From assembly GCF_009914755.1 (NCBI RefSeq), contig NC_060940.1: a stretch of 64,000 nucleotides of DNA, one strand, 5' to 3'. This DNA comes from the human T2T-CHM13v2.0 reference genome, Homo sapiens. Position 1 is the stretch's first letter. Every line of letters begins with the position of its first letter. A model generated the notes under the pieces. It was given only the letters and a program-made list of their open reading frames with translations. It had not been told where the DNA came from and searched no databases. The translations under genes and the position numbers were made by a program. This document shows positions 43,000 to 62,599 of the stretch, in pieces.

Positions 43000-43041
43000 T
43001 TAATCACAGAAGAGTGAGTTCTTTTTTCTCCCCTTAATGGC

Positions 43042-43399
43042 TGTATTAGTTTGTTCTCATACTGCTATGAAGAAATACCTGAGACTGGGTAATTTATAAA
43101 GGAAAAAGGTTTAATTGACTCAGTTCCCATTGCTGGAGAGGCCTCAGGAAACTTAGTCATGGCGGAAGGCAAAGGAGAAGCAGGTACCTTCTTCAGAGGG
43201 TGGCAGGGTGGAGTGAGTGCTAGGAGGGGAAATGCCAGTCGCTTGTAAAACCATCAGATCTCATGACATGAGAACAGCATGGGGGAAACAGCCCCCATGA
43301 TCCAGTTACCTCCACTTGGTCCTGCTTTTGACATGTAGGGATTATGGGGATTACAATTCAAGGTGAGATTTTGGGTGAGGACACAGCCAAACCATATCA
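43042..43399 (-). mobile_element. MSTA/THE1-type MaLR solo LTR
   Basis: tgtattagtttgttctc...gagactgggtaatttataaag...acacagccaaaccatatca (TG...CA termini). Confidence 0.85.
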
Positions 43400-43849
43400 G
43401 TGGCATAGTAGGAGCATATTGTCCATGTCATTTCACAGAGATCTGCCTCATTGTTTTTAATGGCTGCACAGTGTTCTGCAGTTTCGTACTTTGGCCACTC
43501 TTCTGTTGTTCATCATTTAGGTGGCTCTGGTTTTTGCTCTGAAAATAGTGTTGTGATCAGCATTTTTGCACATGTGTGTGAATTTTCTTGTGAAATAGAT
43601 TCCCAGGGAGAAGTTTCTGCAAAATGCTTCTTGAAAGAGGTTATATCAGTTGTACCTACCCATGGTGAATGCAATGCTAATTATTCAGTAGTCTGTCTCT
43701 TTCCTTGTTTACCAGCTGCTGGGTAGAAAATAGGCTGTCTCTTTAATTTCTATCCTATAATCACTCATGAGGCTGAGCACTTAAAATCTGCTCATTGTCA
43801 CTGATATTTCTTATGTGAATCCTCTCTCCTGATGATGATGATGATTATT

Positions 43850-45475
<1,626 letters not shown>

Positions 45476-47078
45476 TGACTTCCAAAGGTTTTTAGTTGTA
45501 AATTGAGTCAGAGTTCCCACAACTTGTTTCGCAGGGGTAAGGATAGGTTTTTACCAGGGAATTACTGAGTATTCTTAGTCCATTTGAGTAGCTTTGCTCC
45601 AGGAGGGAAGAAGAAAAAGAAAGAATCCTAGGAAAGGACATCTGTCTCTCAAGAGTCCATTTCCTTTCATCAGGAAAGCAGTATCTTTTCAGGAAACTCT
45701 ACACAGTAGACCTGTTATTATAAAACAGTAAAACACTGAAAAAGTTTAAATTTTTAAACAACATGTTTTTCAGAATGTATCCTCATCTTTAAGCAACACA
45801 TGACTTACGTGTACATGTATACAGACAAACACACACACATCATTTAAGCAACTCAGGTGTTATGAGGGAAAAAACAAGTGTGTATGGGGGGCAGATTTAA
45901 ATCCAGGTGAGTAAATTTGAACACCTACATTAAACCTTCAGTTCTCTATGTTTATAGAATTAAGTTCCACAGCTGATGTAACTGACTTCAGTCTGTAAAG
46001 TCAAGCCTGCCTTGTAGGATCTTATGGGGGTTCCTATTTGTATGTATTCATATTTGGTCAAGCATTTGGAATAATGCCTGGCACATAGTAAGCACTTGGT
46101 GACTTGATTAAAGAAGTCAATGAGGCACCAGGCTTGATCCTTATAGGCCAGGTGAGCAGGGAGGCCCCTTTTCATTCTTTGATGCCTCAGATGAGGAAAT
46201 GCCTGTTGGAGGGGATTTCACACCTTTCAGAAGAAGGCCCCATTGTTCCAGTTGACGCTCGTGGAGACAGGTCTCAGTCAGTAAATGCTTCTTGAATGAA
46301 GCATTAGGTGGTTGGACCAGATCTGTCTTTCCCGTGGGAGGAAAGTGAGATGATTTTAGGTGTTACACAGATGCTTATCATTTTTGTAGTTAGCTATTTA
46401 TTACAGTGTTGTGTTAGAAAATGTTAGGCAGCACCTCAAACCTAAGTATTTTTAAAAAGTGAGTGATTTAAAGACACACTAAATTGAACAGGTGGCATGT
46501 GAATGTCATGGAAACTGAAAGCATTTATGGATTGAAAGAAGACTGGGAAAATCTTTGCGGTCTTTCCAAATCTGAGATGTTTGATTTTTTGAATCTAGGC
46601 TTTGAATATGAAATCAGGATATACAAATAGAAGTGATGTTCTCTGGGTTTTGGGAGCAGAGATGTGTAATGGAAATTGACAGGCAGAACTAGATGCACAG
46701 TGTCATGCAGGGTGCAGAGATAACAGTGTATTAACACTTTGGTGTCTGCTGTGGGCAGCCTTGCATGTGTATGTATTCTCTAACAAAATTGGGAACATCC
46801 TACACATACAATTTTGTGATTAGGTTTGTTCACCTGATACTATAACTCTGTGTTCAGTGTTCCTGCAGAGAAATCTTTGTGCCCATACTTGATTTTCTTA
46901 GGATTAAATCCTAGAAATGGGATTGTGTGGTCATTGTGTACGCATGTGTTTCAGGCCTTTTATACTTGTCATCGCAGTGCCTTGCAGTGTGATTGTGCCA
47001 GTTTAAGGTTCCGGCAGCTTGAGTGCCCTCTTCCCTATCCCTCTCCAAAGCCAAGCTAGATTAAATAATAGTTTTGTT

Positions 47079-47444
<366 letters not shown>

Positions 47445-49876
47445 CTATAAATCCTAAAACTTGCTGCTTGTCTCCCTTCAGAACTCCCATCAGCAGCGCC
47501 CGACAGCACTCTCCTCCTCACTGCCCAACACTGGGTGGCAAATCTTTTCATCTTGGCCACTCTGATAGGCTGGACAGTGAGGTCCTTCTTCCTAGGGCGC
47601 ATGGAAACCTGTTGCAGTCACCTGGGTTTGCGGAGTGGGAGGAGGAAAGTGTTAGGGGCACTAGGAGGTGGGAGCCGGTGGGAGTTGCTGGCTGGGTGTG
47701 TTTGCATTATGGACCCGTGCATCTCACCACTCTCTACCACTGTGCACCACTGTGACCACGGACAGGGTGCTCCTGAGGTCAGTCCCAGATGCCCTCCAGA
47801 CCCTGCGTCCTGAGCCTGCTTCTCCCTCTGGCCTCCTCCCCAGTTTCTTACTGTCCTCCGGCCTCCCTGCCTCCTCTCTGTACTGGAGGCTCAGGTGTGT
47901 TCCCCGAGTCTTTCTGCCTGCCCTTCCTTCTGTCTGGAATGCCTTTTGGACACCTGACTCTCCCATTCTCCAGGGCTCGCCACGGCCATCCCCTTCTGAG
48001 AGAGGCCTCCCCCGTGACCGTCTTCCTCTCTACGAGTCACTGCCTTCATTCCTCATCATCTTGTAATTATCTGCCTCTCCTTTCTCTCCTTGTTTACCAC
48101 TGTACCCCCAGTGCCTAGCACTTGGCAGACACCCACATGTTCCTTGGCTACTCTAGTCGTATTGAACAGTGTAAAGAATCTGGAGGTGAGAGGATAGAAC
48201 CTGCTCTTTATTATCCAAGAGTCCAGCAAGTTATGGCTTCCAGAGGGAGGCAAATTGATCAGGTTTTCAACAGAGCTGCTTAGCAGCGGGGCGAGTGCCT
48301 TCCTTGGGGAACTAGTAGTCAAGCAGTGACTTGATGTTGCTGCCTTGGTTCTTGCACGGGATGTTAGGGTTGATGAGATCATTTCTAAGGTCCCTTCTGA
48401 TCCTTAAAACTGTGGGATGAGTATTCTCATCTGTGGGTTGCTGGGCTACCATTCTTGTTTCAACTGCAGATGTAGCTTTTACCACTAGATGACACTATAT
48501 GATTTCTTTGAAATCAGTGTTTCCCAAACTGCCAACCACACAGAGGAAATACATTTTTCATTGCACTTACACCCTCAACACACACTTGAAACAAAAGTAG
48601 GCTGGGCACGGTGACTCACGCCTGTAATCTCAGCACCTTGGGAAGCGGAGGTTGGAGAATCACTTGAAGCCAAGAGTAAGCATCATAAATGTCTTAATCC
48701 TTACTATATGTAATGCATCCTATTTTTTATTTTACTTGGTTCAACATTTAAAAAAGTAATGCAGGTTTGCAAATGAATTGATTTTATTGTATTAATGGGT
48801 CATGACTAACTGAAAACCATTTTTTTAAGTATATTGTTATAAAACTGTGTGGGTATGCTGTTTTCCTTGGACAGTCTGGGCTTGTATAACAGATCGTGTC
48901 CATTAGTGAGTATTTTCCATGTTTCTGTGGTGAGTTGCTGCATGGAGCAGCTGAACATGTGCTTCCTTTTGGGTGTCTATGGATGGAAGAGGTTGGGAGA
49001 TTGTGCAGAATTCAACACTTATTGTAGTCAGGCCAGAGGTAAGCCTTAGTAGCAGATTTAAAGCTGTATTATTTACTTCTAGAAGCTGAGAGACATGACA
49101 CACCCATACCCTTAATTTCACCTTACTTAGCAGGCAACAAGAAATGGGGGCATTACTCAGGGTATCATTAGGATGCTTTGGGCTGCAAGTAACAGAAGCC
49201 TGACTCAAATTGGCTAAAAGGGTGAAGGCACTTATCTCACAAAATCGATGTTCAGAGGTAGAGCAGTCTGCAGGCCCACAGCAGCTGAGCATGGCCTTCG
49301 GGATCCCGCTTCTTTTCATGAGTCCTCAGTCATCCTAAAGCTGGTTCTACTCATGGTTGCAAGAAGGCTTCCTGTGCTAGATGAAGCCTTAATTCCTTGT
49401 AGTATAGACTGGCTAGAGAGAATTAAGGCTACTGTGGCATTTTCCACATTGTTTTGTTCGTGCTTGCTTTGTTCATTTCTTCCTAGTTTCCCCACTATGA
49501 CCTCCCTAAGAAGAGTGAAATGATTGGCACCTAATACAGAGTCAGGAGAAACACTTGGTTAATTCATGCTGTTTGTCAAGTGTTTCTAAGTCTCCCTTCC
49601 TCTGGGCACAGGCTTTTTCATTTAGTGGAATTAACTGACTAGCTCTGGCCATGAGTTTGCAGAGTGAATAAATGGCTGCACATCTTCTGTATGAAGCATG
49701 AAGTGAGGCTATTTGCTATGTAGGGTCCTGGGAAGTGAATTAGCAATATGAGGGAAGGGAGTGAGAAGGCCCACTGTGGAAAATGTGATGGGTGGTGTAA
49801 CGTGAACATAAAGATGAATGGATGGCTGCGTCTTCGCATGTGTAACAGGGCACTAAATGTGCACTTGGCCTTTTGA

Positions 49877-50089
<213 letters not shown>

Positions 50090-50193
50090 TGACCATCTCC
50101 CTCCCCAACAGCACCTCATCAGCTACCTGAGGTTTTAGGGGTTCATTCTTGAAGGAAGTCGTGGTGTGCTCCCTTTCCAGCTGTGCGCAAAAG

Positions 50194-50741
50194 TGCTTAT
50201 TTCCCCAGATCTTCACCAACACGGTGTGTTATAAACTTGTTTGCAGCCATAAAAAGGAATGAGATCATGTCCTTTGCAGGGACATGGATGAAGCTGGAAG
50301 CCATTCTTAGCAAACTAACAGAGGAACAGAAAACCAAACACCGCATGTTCTCACTCATAAATGGGAGTTGAACAGTGAGAACACATGACACAGAGAGGGG
50401 AACATCACACACTGGGGCCTGTCAGGGGTGGGGGGCAAGGGGAGGGAGAGCATTAGGATAAATACCTAGTGCATGCAGGGCTTAAAAATCTAAATGACAG
50501 GTTGATGAGTGACAGGCCCCAGTGTGTGATGTTCCCCTCTCTGTGTCATGTGTTCTCACTGTTCAACTCCCATTTATGAGTGAGAACATGCGGTGTTTGG
50601 TTTTCTGTTCCTCTGTTAGTTTGCTAAGAATGGCTTCCAGCTTCATCCATGTCCCTGCAAAGGACATGATCTCATTCCTTTTTATGGCTGCAAACAAGTT
50701 TTATAACACACTGTGTTGGTGAAGATCTGGGGAAATAAGCA
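50194..50741. repeat. Near-perfect inverted repeat: arms 50194-50424 and 50510-50741, 85-bp spacer
   Basis: Arms are reverse complements with one substitution and one 1-nt indel by eye; the ORF track gives matching peptides on opposite strands (50197..50412 - and 50522..50722 +). Confidence 0.97.
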
Positions 50742-50830
50742 TATATATATGGCATATATATACCTATGTAACAAACCTGCACATTCTGCACATGTATCCT
50801 GGAACTTAGAGTAAAAAAGAAAAAAAAAAG
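50243..50830 (+). mobile_element. 5'-truncated L1PA 3' end containing the inverted duplication
   Basis: ORF2 C-terminal AAIKRNEIMSFAGTWMKLE, G-rich 3'UTR tract, 'tacctatgtaacaaacctgcac' and an A-rich tail. Confidence 0.9.
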
Positions 50831-51576
50831 AACACAATATCTACTTCCACATTAAAATCACAATAGTTTTTGAAATTTTATTAAATTTAATTAATTCAAA
50901 AAAAAGTATTAATCTTCTTTAATCTGTCATGTGAAAAATGGTATCTTACTGCAATTTTAAAAATGTTTCTCCTATTTATAAGTGACGTTGAGGATCATTT
51001 TCATGTGTTTGAAGCCCATTTAAATATCTTTCACTGTAAACTGTCCCTATCAGGAATCACTTTTTTTTCCCCAATGAGAAAAATACATAAAGCTTTATTT
51101 TTCACATGTGTATTCCTACACTAATTGGATAAATATGGAGAAACTGCTTTATAGTACAGGTATGAGGAGGAGAGTCTCTTAGAATTTACATCAGACTTTT
51201 CCTCTGGTTGGTTGGTTGCCTATGGCTCATCTAGGTGTCTGGACTAATTATGTGGATTTAATTGGGTTTTTCTATAAGGAGACATTCCAAAGGCTTTTGT
51301 ATATTTCAGGCTGAGCATATCTTAGTTTTCACGCCTCTTGTCTGTGTATGTGAATCTTCCCTAAGGATGGAAATTGAGGATTTCTGCCCAGTTGCGCAGC
51401 TTGAGGGTTTTAAGTCTAGAGGACGTGGGTCTTTTACAGCTTTGTTGATGTTCCTCACTGTGGGTGGGAGGGAAAGTGTTGTGAGACCTGGTAATTCTCA
51501 GATGAGGGAGGGCTCAGAGGTGCTGACAGCAGTAGGCCTAGGCTTAGGAGATTTGGCCCTTAAGATTCTTCAACAG

Positions 51577-52170
<594 letters not shown>

Positions 52171-53867
52171 AGAATCTTCAGTAGATTTATTTTCCTCCCC
52201 GGCTCACAGTATGAGTAGTGTTGGCCATTTAAGTATTTATTTATTTTGAAGCTCGCACCAACAGGTAACTTGTTCCAGAACATAGCTAGAATATGGTTTC
52301 AGATGCCTGCCCCTTAGAAACTCCAGAGCGTAAAGAGAAGTCTGTATCTGGATGTGCATGTGCCATGTGCAACATTTGATTGGCAGCAGCCTGAATGTGT
52401 TAAGTCCCCAGTTTCTCTTTCCCAGACAGCAGAGTATGCAGGAAAGGTAGTCATTCAGCTCCATTCTGGCTTAGCAGTGTAAAGCCTGAGAGGGAAGAGA
52501 TGGAGAATTACTTTTTGATGCCTTATTTTAGTGTTAATGACACTATTAGGCTCTGCAGATAATTTCCATCAAGGAAGTCAAAGGCTTTGAGACAGGAGCC
52601 TGCCTTATTCTCAGCCAGATTGAGAAATTGACCAAATGACTATAATTCTTGTGTGTGCAGGGAATCTTGGCTCTCAAGTTGGATCCTGTAGGTGGGTTCT
52701 ATAAGAAATGCCAAGAAATTTTAAAGTGGTGGTTTCTGAAAACAAGGACATGCAATTTTATTTTGCATTCCCTCCCCTGCTTTTGAGGCAGATTTCCTAA
52801 CAAATGCTGCACAGGCAAAGACCCCCACCCCACGCCCTGGCGGCACCCCTCTCTTCTACCCTGTATTTGAACCTTTAGAATGCAGCCAGATTGGAGAGTG
52901 CCTCCCAAATGGTGTATGGTGAGGACATTTTTCCCCCAGTGTCCAATCCATCGCGGATGATATCTCTGTAAAATACAATAGAAATGATCTAGAAAAATAA
53001 AATGAAAATGACATACAATGTACAATTCCAAATCATTTATTAGTAGATTGAACAGACTTGAAATTTCTCTGTCAAATTGTAATAAAGTTTCTAAATGCTA
53101 TCAGATTTTTTTCTTAAAATAGTCACATACTGTTAACAGCCATGCACATACTTTGAGCAGCATAGTTTTAGAGCACAGACAGACCTTGTGATCTTTTCTT
53201 CTTTATTTCCATCTCCTTTTCCCCAACCCTCCACCCGAAAACTTAACAGTGGCGCAATCTTGGGCCACTGCAACCTCTGCCTCCTGGGTTCAAGCAATTC
53301 TTGTGGTCTATCCTCCCAAGAAGCTGGGATTACAGTTGTGCACCACCATGCCTGGCTAATTTTTGTGTTTTTAGTAGCAAGCCATTTTATTAGGCAGCAA
53401 TTTGCTGGTCTTCTCTGCGACCCCCATTTTACATAGAGACTAACCCATTCAGGGTGGAGGTGAAGGGAACAGGATAACAAATATAGCTTCCTTTGTGTTA
53501 ACATTCATCTGCTCAGTTTCCTGACCCATACTATTATTTTTCATATGATCTCACAATTTTCAGGTTTACCCGAGTCCAGAGTGGCTTTCATTATAGCCAT
53601 GAAAGGCACATTTCCAAGATGGACTTTAGACGTTTCAATGTAAAACACTTATTTTTCATACATAAAACTATAGCTCATTTTTTCAAAGGTAGTTAATTGC
53701 TTCATGAAATAGATTATACTTACCTTGGTTCAGATGCCTTTAACCAAAAAAAAAAAATTTGAAAGTTGCTGTTTCTCCCATAGAGTCTGCAGATTAACCT
53801 CTGACACTGCAGAAGGGCGCATGCTCTCTGTTTTGCTCTTCTCCTGGGGTGGGCTTCACAGGGATAA

Positions 53868-54077
<210 letters not shown>

Positions 54078-54238
54078 TAGATTTTTTTCGTTAGATTTTC
54101 ACCTAATTCGAAATGTAAACATATATTAAAAGTTATGCAGCGAAAGCCTGTCTCCCACCCCTGTCCCATCTGCCTAGATGCCCCTACGACTCTCAGTCCT
54201 GTTTTATCTCACCAGGGCCCTGGTGACAGATATTTTAG

Positions 54239-55567
<1,329 letters not shown>

Positions 55568-56088
55568 TCACTAATTGCATTTTTTTTTTGTAGGTTTGTA
55601 CAGATTTTGCTTGGTTCTTCTGTCAGGTCCGTCATGTGACAGTAATGGGAACGTGCATTTCTCCAGATTTTTTGCGGATGTTGACCAAGACCCACTTATC
55701 TGTTTTGTCCCCTAATCAGTTCACCTGATATGAAGGTCTTTGGTCATCAGAGCTCTCAACCCTTCTCTTATTGAAGTGAGAAATCAGTGACTTCAACAGA
55801 GTGTGGGTATTTCTTTGCCTCTGCATTCTCTTCTCAAGATATAATCACTAACATCATGAAGTGTTTTTACATATATGACCTCATGAATTAACACGAGAAC
55901 TCTGTAAGGGTGTTTTACACAGATGAGGGAAATGAGACTGCAAGATTGTCTTCCAGGATCCTGCAGCCAGAGGCTCTGGGGCAGGGATCAAGCATTGTTA
56001 TCTGCCCATTAAACTCCGGATTTCTTCCTCTTTCCCCTGCACACAGCCTCTGTGGTTTTTCAGGAGGGTGACCTTCCCTTTTCTGTAG

Positions 56089-56331
<243 letters not shown>

Positions 56332-57984
56332 TGAACTCCTGGCCTCAAGTGGTCCACCTGCCTTAGCCTCCCAAAGTGCTGAGATTATGGGTATGAGCCA
56401 CTATGCTCGGCTGACCTGTTGTGTTTTTGTAATGAGTTGTCCCATGGTGTGGTGTGAGGAACCAGAGCACAGTACAGTGTGAGAGAATGTGCTATGTCAG
56501 TGTTAACAGGCCGCTGGAGAGATCCTGCCATTGGACCTGAGACCCCGTTGACTTGTCACGCAATTTGTTTTTTTTCTCCCGTCTTGTAGATGGATTAATA
56601 ATTAATAAATCTGAGCCTCTTATTTATGAGCAAAGTAACCTGAGGCTTACGTACCCCTCCTAAGAAAAAGGCAGTCAGTCAGTAGTGAGGAAGGAAGACT
56701 GTATAGTGTCTGAAAGTTCTTTGTGGAAATGTTTTGGTTTTGATTGGTAATTATATTGGGCTGAAGGCCTTTTTTTGGTCTGAAGTTTCTTTTAAAATAT
56801 ATATATATATATATATATATAACATTTGTTTGCTTTTTTAGAGCAGGTGTTACAAACTGTAGCCCAGGGCCAAATCTGGCCCACAGCCTGTTTTTGTAAA
56901 TAAAGTTTTATTGGAAGGCAGCCACTCCCATTTGTTTGCATATTGTGCTTCAGCAGCCATATGACAATTATAACAGCAGAGTTGAGTAGTTACAACAGAG
57001 ACCATCTGGCCTGCAAAGGCTAAAATATTTACTTTCTGGCTCTTTACAGAAGCAGTTTGCCAATCTCTGTTTTAGAGGTATGTGTGTGTCTCTAAAAGTG
57101 TAGCGAAAACATTGTCTGTGGGTCTTAGTGTCTCATGCACCTTCCAGCCGGAATGGTTCCTAGGTTGCACCAGCAGAGGTTTAGCTGTGAGTCATGGGTG
57201 TGAGCTTATTCCATAAAATCTCAGGAGCCCAAGACTGTACAGTTAAAGACTCCCATCTGCTGGCAGTGAGCAGGAACAGGACAAAGAAGAGTTAGTCTTG
57301 TCACAAAAAAGGAATAAAGGGGCCAGGTGCAGTTGGTCACGCCTGTAATCCCAGCACTTTGGGATGCCGAGGTGGTTGAATTGCTTGAGCTCAGGAGTTT
57401 GAGACCAGCCTGGGCATCATGACAAAACCCCATCTCTACAAAAAATAAAAAAATCAGCCAGGCATGGTGGTGCACACCTGTGGTCCCAGCTACTTGGGAG
57501 GTGGAGGTGGGAGGATCACCTGAGCCCCGGAGGTCGAGACTGTAGTGAGCCAAGATCGTGCCACTGCATTCTAGCCTGGGTGTCCAAGCGAGATGCTGTC
57601 TCAAAAAAAAAAAAAAAAAAAAAAGGAAAGGAATAATGGGTGAGTGAAACCCTTTAAGGGGCCTCCATTTCTTGGTGTCTCCAGAATTCTGTTTCCATGG
57701 AACCAATGGATCCCTACAGCCTACTTTTCTCCATCTCCCTGTGGAGGGAAGCAGGGTCAATTTTGGCAGTCTGTGAGGTGGTCAGCCATGTCGAGTCCCC
57801 TTTGGGTGCCCCATTCCTCCTGCCCTGTGGCAGCTGTTCCCAGTCTCGGTGTCTTCCATACCAGTCAGTTGCATGCAGGCTATTTGGAGTGAAATATCAA
57901 AAGGGCCATCAAGAATCACAGAAGAAGAAGTTGAAGCATCACTTGTCACAGCCATTTTGCCCCTTTCTCAAGAAACAGGATATC

Positions 57985-58349
<365 letters not shown>

Positions 58350-58979
58350 CAGGATGTCTTTCTTAAGCGCTCCGGGTGTGCCTTTTGTAAGCTTTCTCTG
58401 CTCTGACTTCTTATTCAGAAGTTTTACAAGGTTCTAATGCATGGGAAAGCTCTTTAAAAAGGAAGAAGTCCCATAAGAGCTGCAGGGCACTATGCTGTCT
58501 TTCATTTATATACCTTTAATTGTTCTCATTGTCTTCTGGAATTTTAGGTGATCCTTAACTTCCCATATGCTGTCAGTAAAAGTTCTTAAAAGGTGTTGTA
58601 GAAATTGAAATTCCTAGTGAAAGTTATTTCCATATCCCCCTACCCATACCAATTCTCCTGCCTCAGCCTCCCGAGTAGCTGGGATTACAGGCACCTACCA
58701 CCATGCCCAGCTAATAGTTTGTATTTTTAGTAGAGACAGGGTTTCAGTGTTGGCCAGGCTGGTCTCGAACTCCTGACCTCAGGTGATCCACCTGCCTCAG
58801 GCTCCCAAAGTGCTGGGATTACAGGCGTGAGCCACTGCACCTGGCCCCCCTCAAGTATCTTGAAATAGCTTCTGCATAACCCTACCCAGCAGGCATGGGC
58901 TATACCTCTAAGTGTGATCAGCTCAGATTCATGAGCCCAAGTCTCCTTGGATGGCTTTTTCTTTTTTTTTCTTTTGTGA

Positions 58980-59278
<299 letters not shown>

Positions 59279-60017
59279 TAAATCCCAGCCTGGGTCCCCT
59301 GGGATTCCAGCAGAGGACTGGTCTTTATGTGGGAGGGTGCTGTATCTTTCAGCCCTGATGTTTGCTCTTAAGGGTCATTCACCTACTAGGATATGGTTGC
59401 TGGTGATTTCTGCCCCCATCATGCTGTCCACAGGAGGTCTGCTATGCCGCACTCACCCCCCCGGGATTCATCTGTCCCTCTATACCTGTGCTCCATCTCT
59501 TGTTACTGTCTCCATGAATGGTTCTCTTACCTGCCCAGTTGCTCCAGTCAGAAACAAGGTGTCACCCTAACTTTCCTTTTCCTCCATCCCATCCTCTACC
59601 AGCGAAGCCATCACCAGGTTCTGGATGTCAGCAGTCTTCTTTGTTTTAAAAAAGTAGTTCTGTATTTCTGGGATAAGTGGAGAGGGGGAGAGGCTGGGCA
59701 GGTGGGCCAGGCTATAGAGTGCCTTGTTTCTTGCTGAGTTTTAGCAGTGTGCAGAGCTGCAGAAGGCCACCTGCAGTAGATAGTGCAGTACACAGCAGCG
59801 TGCAGCTTTGAGACACCAGAGGGGGTGCTGGGACAGTCTGGGCTGGAGGTGACAGAGCTCAGGAGGAGTGGAGGGATTCCAGAGGCATCAGCAGGGCTGA
59901 AGTACTGGGTGGCTGGATAGCGAGGAGGGCACCGAGAGAACACTAGGATGATAGGATGATGTGTGCGTGACTGGGTAGGGAGGGTGTAGCTACCAAGCAA
60001 GCCAGGTGACCCAGGGC

Positions 60018-60070
60018 TGTGTGTGCGCATGTGCGTGTGTGTGTGTGGTTGTGTGTGTGTGTATGTGTGT
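60018..60070. repeat. Imperfect (GT)n microsatellite
   Basis: Directly visible. Confidence 0.9.
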
Positions 60071-60401
60071 CTTTCATATTTGTTTGACTGCAGGCCACAA
60101 GAAGAAATAAATGTTACATCCTGAGCCAGGGCCCCCATCTCTATACCTGTGTCTGTAACAATAAAGGCACACACGTGTTGATTCAAATGCTAGAGACCTC
60201 ATTTTAGGGTGCTGCTTTCCTTTGATCCCCGCCCTAGTTTCCTTCTTGCCCTGGCACCTTCTTTCCAGCACGTTGTGCAGTATTCAAAACGCAGTATACC
60301 TTCCCTTATTGTTACAGCTCACAAGCTCTTTGGATCCCCGTGTGATAATTTTACTAAGGTCAGGCCATTTCCTGTGAGCCCCACATGTATTGCCTCATTA
60401 A

Positions 60402-60581
<180 letters not shown>

Positions 60582-60869
60582 TAGCTACTTTTTGTATTTT
60601 TTGTAGAGATGAGGTTTCATTCACCATGTTGGCCAGGATGGTCTCGGTCTCTTGACCTTGTGATCCGCCTGCCTCAGCCTCCCAAAGTGCTGGGATTACA
60701 GGCGTGAGCCACGGGTGCCCGGCTTCTTCACTTTTCAAACAAGTAAATCCTGGCCCAGTGAGTTTACTGACTTTCCCAAGACCTTACAGCATGTAAGTGG
60801 TGGAGCTGGGGTTTGAGCCACTCCAGCTCCAAGAGTGCCTGTTCTTTAATCTATCATACTTCACTATCA

Positions 60870-61052
<183 letters not shown>

Positions 61053-61662
61053 TCAGAAAATAATACCCTTAATATATGTGATGCTTTTGATACTGGCTGT
61101 TTTAACCTATTTCACCCAAAAAATAATGCTCGTCAAAACCTACTACATTGATTTCCTGACCCTCCTAATGGAGCTCAAGCTGCCTTTTTTGTTGTTGTTA
61201 AATCGTTTAAACTTTTTAATTTTTTTGCATGGACAGGGTCTCGCTGTGTTGCCCAGGATGGCCTCAAACTCCTGGCCTCAAACGATCCTCCTGCCTCAGC
61301 CTTCTAAAGTGTTGAGATTACAGTCGTGAGCCACTGCACCTGGCCTCAAGCTGCCTTTTGAAAATACGGAGTATATTCTACTTCCAAAGCACCTCTCAGC
61401 TCCTCCCCATCATCCCAGCTGCCACCTGCTAGCTCAGGCTCCTTCCTGGACCTTACCTTCTTACCTGGCTGACTCCTCTGGCTTCCTGACTTTTTACCTT
61501 CATCTGTGCTTGCTTCCCTCAAATCTATTCTTGAGTAATTCGAAAAACACGTCTGCCCATATCAGTCCCCTGATTTAAAAATCCTTAAACACTCTATTGC
61601 TCTTAGGTGCCTAGTGCTTGATATGTGGAAGATGATCAGCACATGTAAGAGTAAAGAAATAA

Positions 61663-61764
<102 letters not shown>

Positions 61765-61988
61765 TAAGTGTGGCATGGCCAGAAGAACAAAAGCCAGCGA
61801 GAATTCAGATCCAGCTCTCAAGAGATGGCAGATCTGAATGCCAGAGACTTCACTTTAGGGTGTTGCCTTCCGTTCACTGCCCCCCACCAACTTTTTTTTT
61901 GCCCTGGCACTCATTCCAGCATGTTCTACAGTCTGCAAAATGCAATATACATTTCCTTATTACAGATCACAGGCTCTATGGCTCCCCA

Positions 61989-62450
61989 TGTAATTACAAT
62001 TAACACGAGGCCAACCAAATCTCCCAGACAAGGTTTTTGTTTTTGGGGCTTGTACTCAAGTACTAGGGAGACAGCAGAGGCACAAGGACTGTCTTGTTGG
62101 CTCCCTGAAGAGGCTTGCAGAGATGTTTTTATTAGCGAAACTTGGGAATTGACATCATGAGTAAGGTATGCAGGCTGGGCTGGGCAAAGCACATGAGAGG
62201 TAGGAGATGCGGGTCAGCGTATCTGGTTGCGCTGGTTCTCTTGGTTAATGGGCCACTTGGTGGTCTGGCTGGCGGCAAGAAGACTGTCAATCAGTTGTTC
62301 AGTGTTCCTTCCTGAGGTGGGATACTCCATAACCTTGGTTTCATAGTTAGATTTCCTAAGGCCAGTTCCTAGAACTTTAAGTAGAAGGCATGGTTAAGTA
62401 TTATGAAGAAGCAACCCCATTCCATTTCTGTTCTATCTCTATTTCCCCCT
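61989..62450 (-). mobile_element. ERV1 3' LTR with polypurine tract
   Basis: Minus-strand AGGGGGAAAT tract (62441-62450) downstream of env; minus-strand AATAAA at 62128-62133. Confidence 0.6.
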
Positions 62451-62599
62451 GAGAGATTTCACCCTCTATTCTTAAGGAGAAAGGGCTGAAGATCTCATCT
62501 TCTGAAGCGACTTCCTGCTGAACAGGGATGTCGTCCCTGCCTAACTTTAGGGGGTGGGGAAATCTCTCACTGGCTGTCCTAAAGACCTGTAGGGACTGG

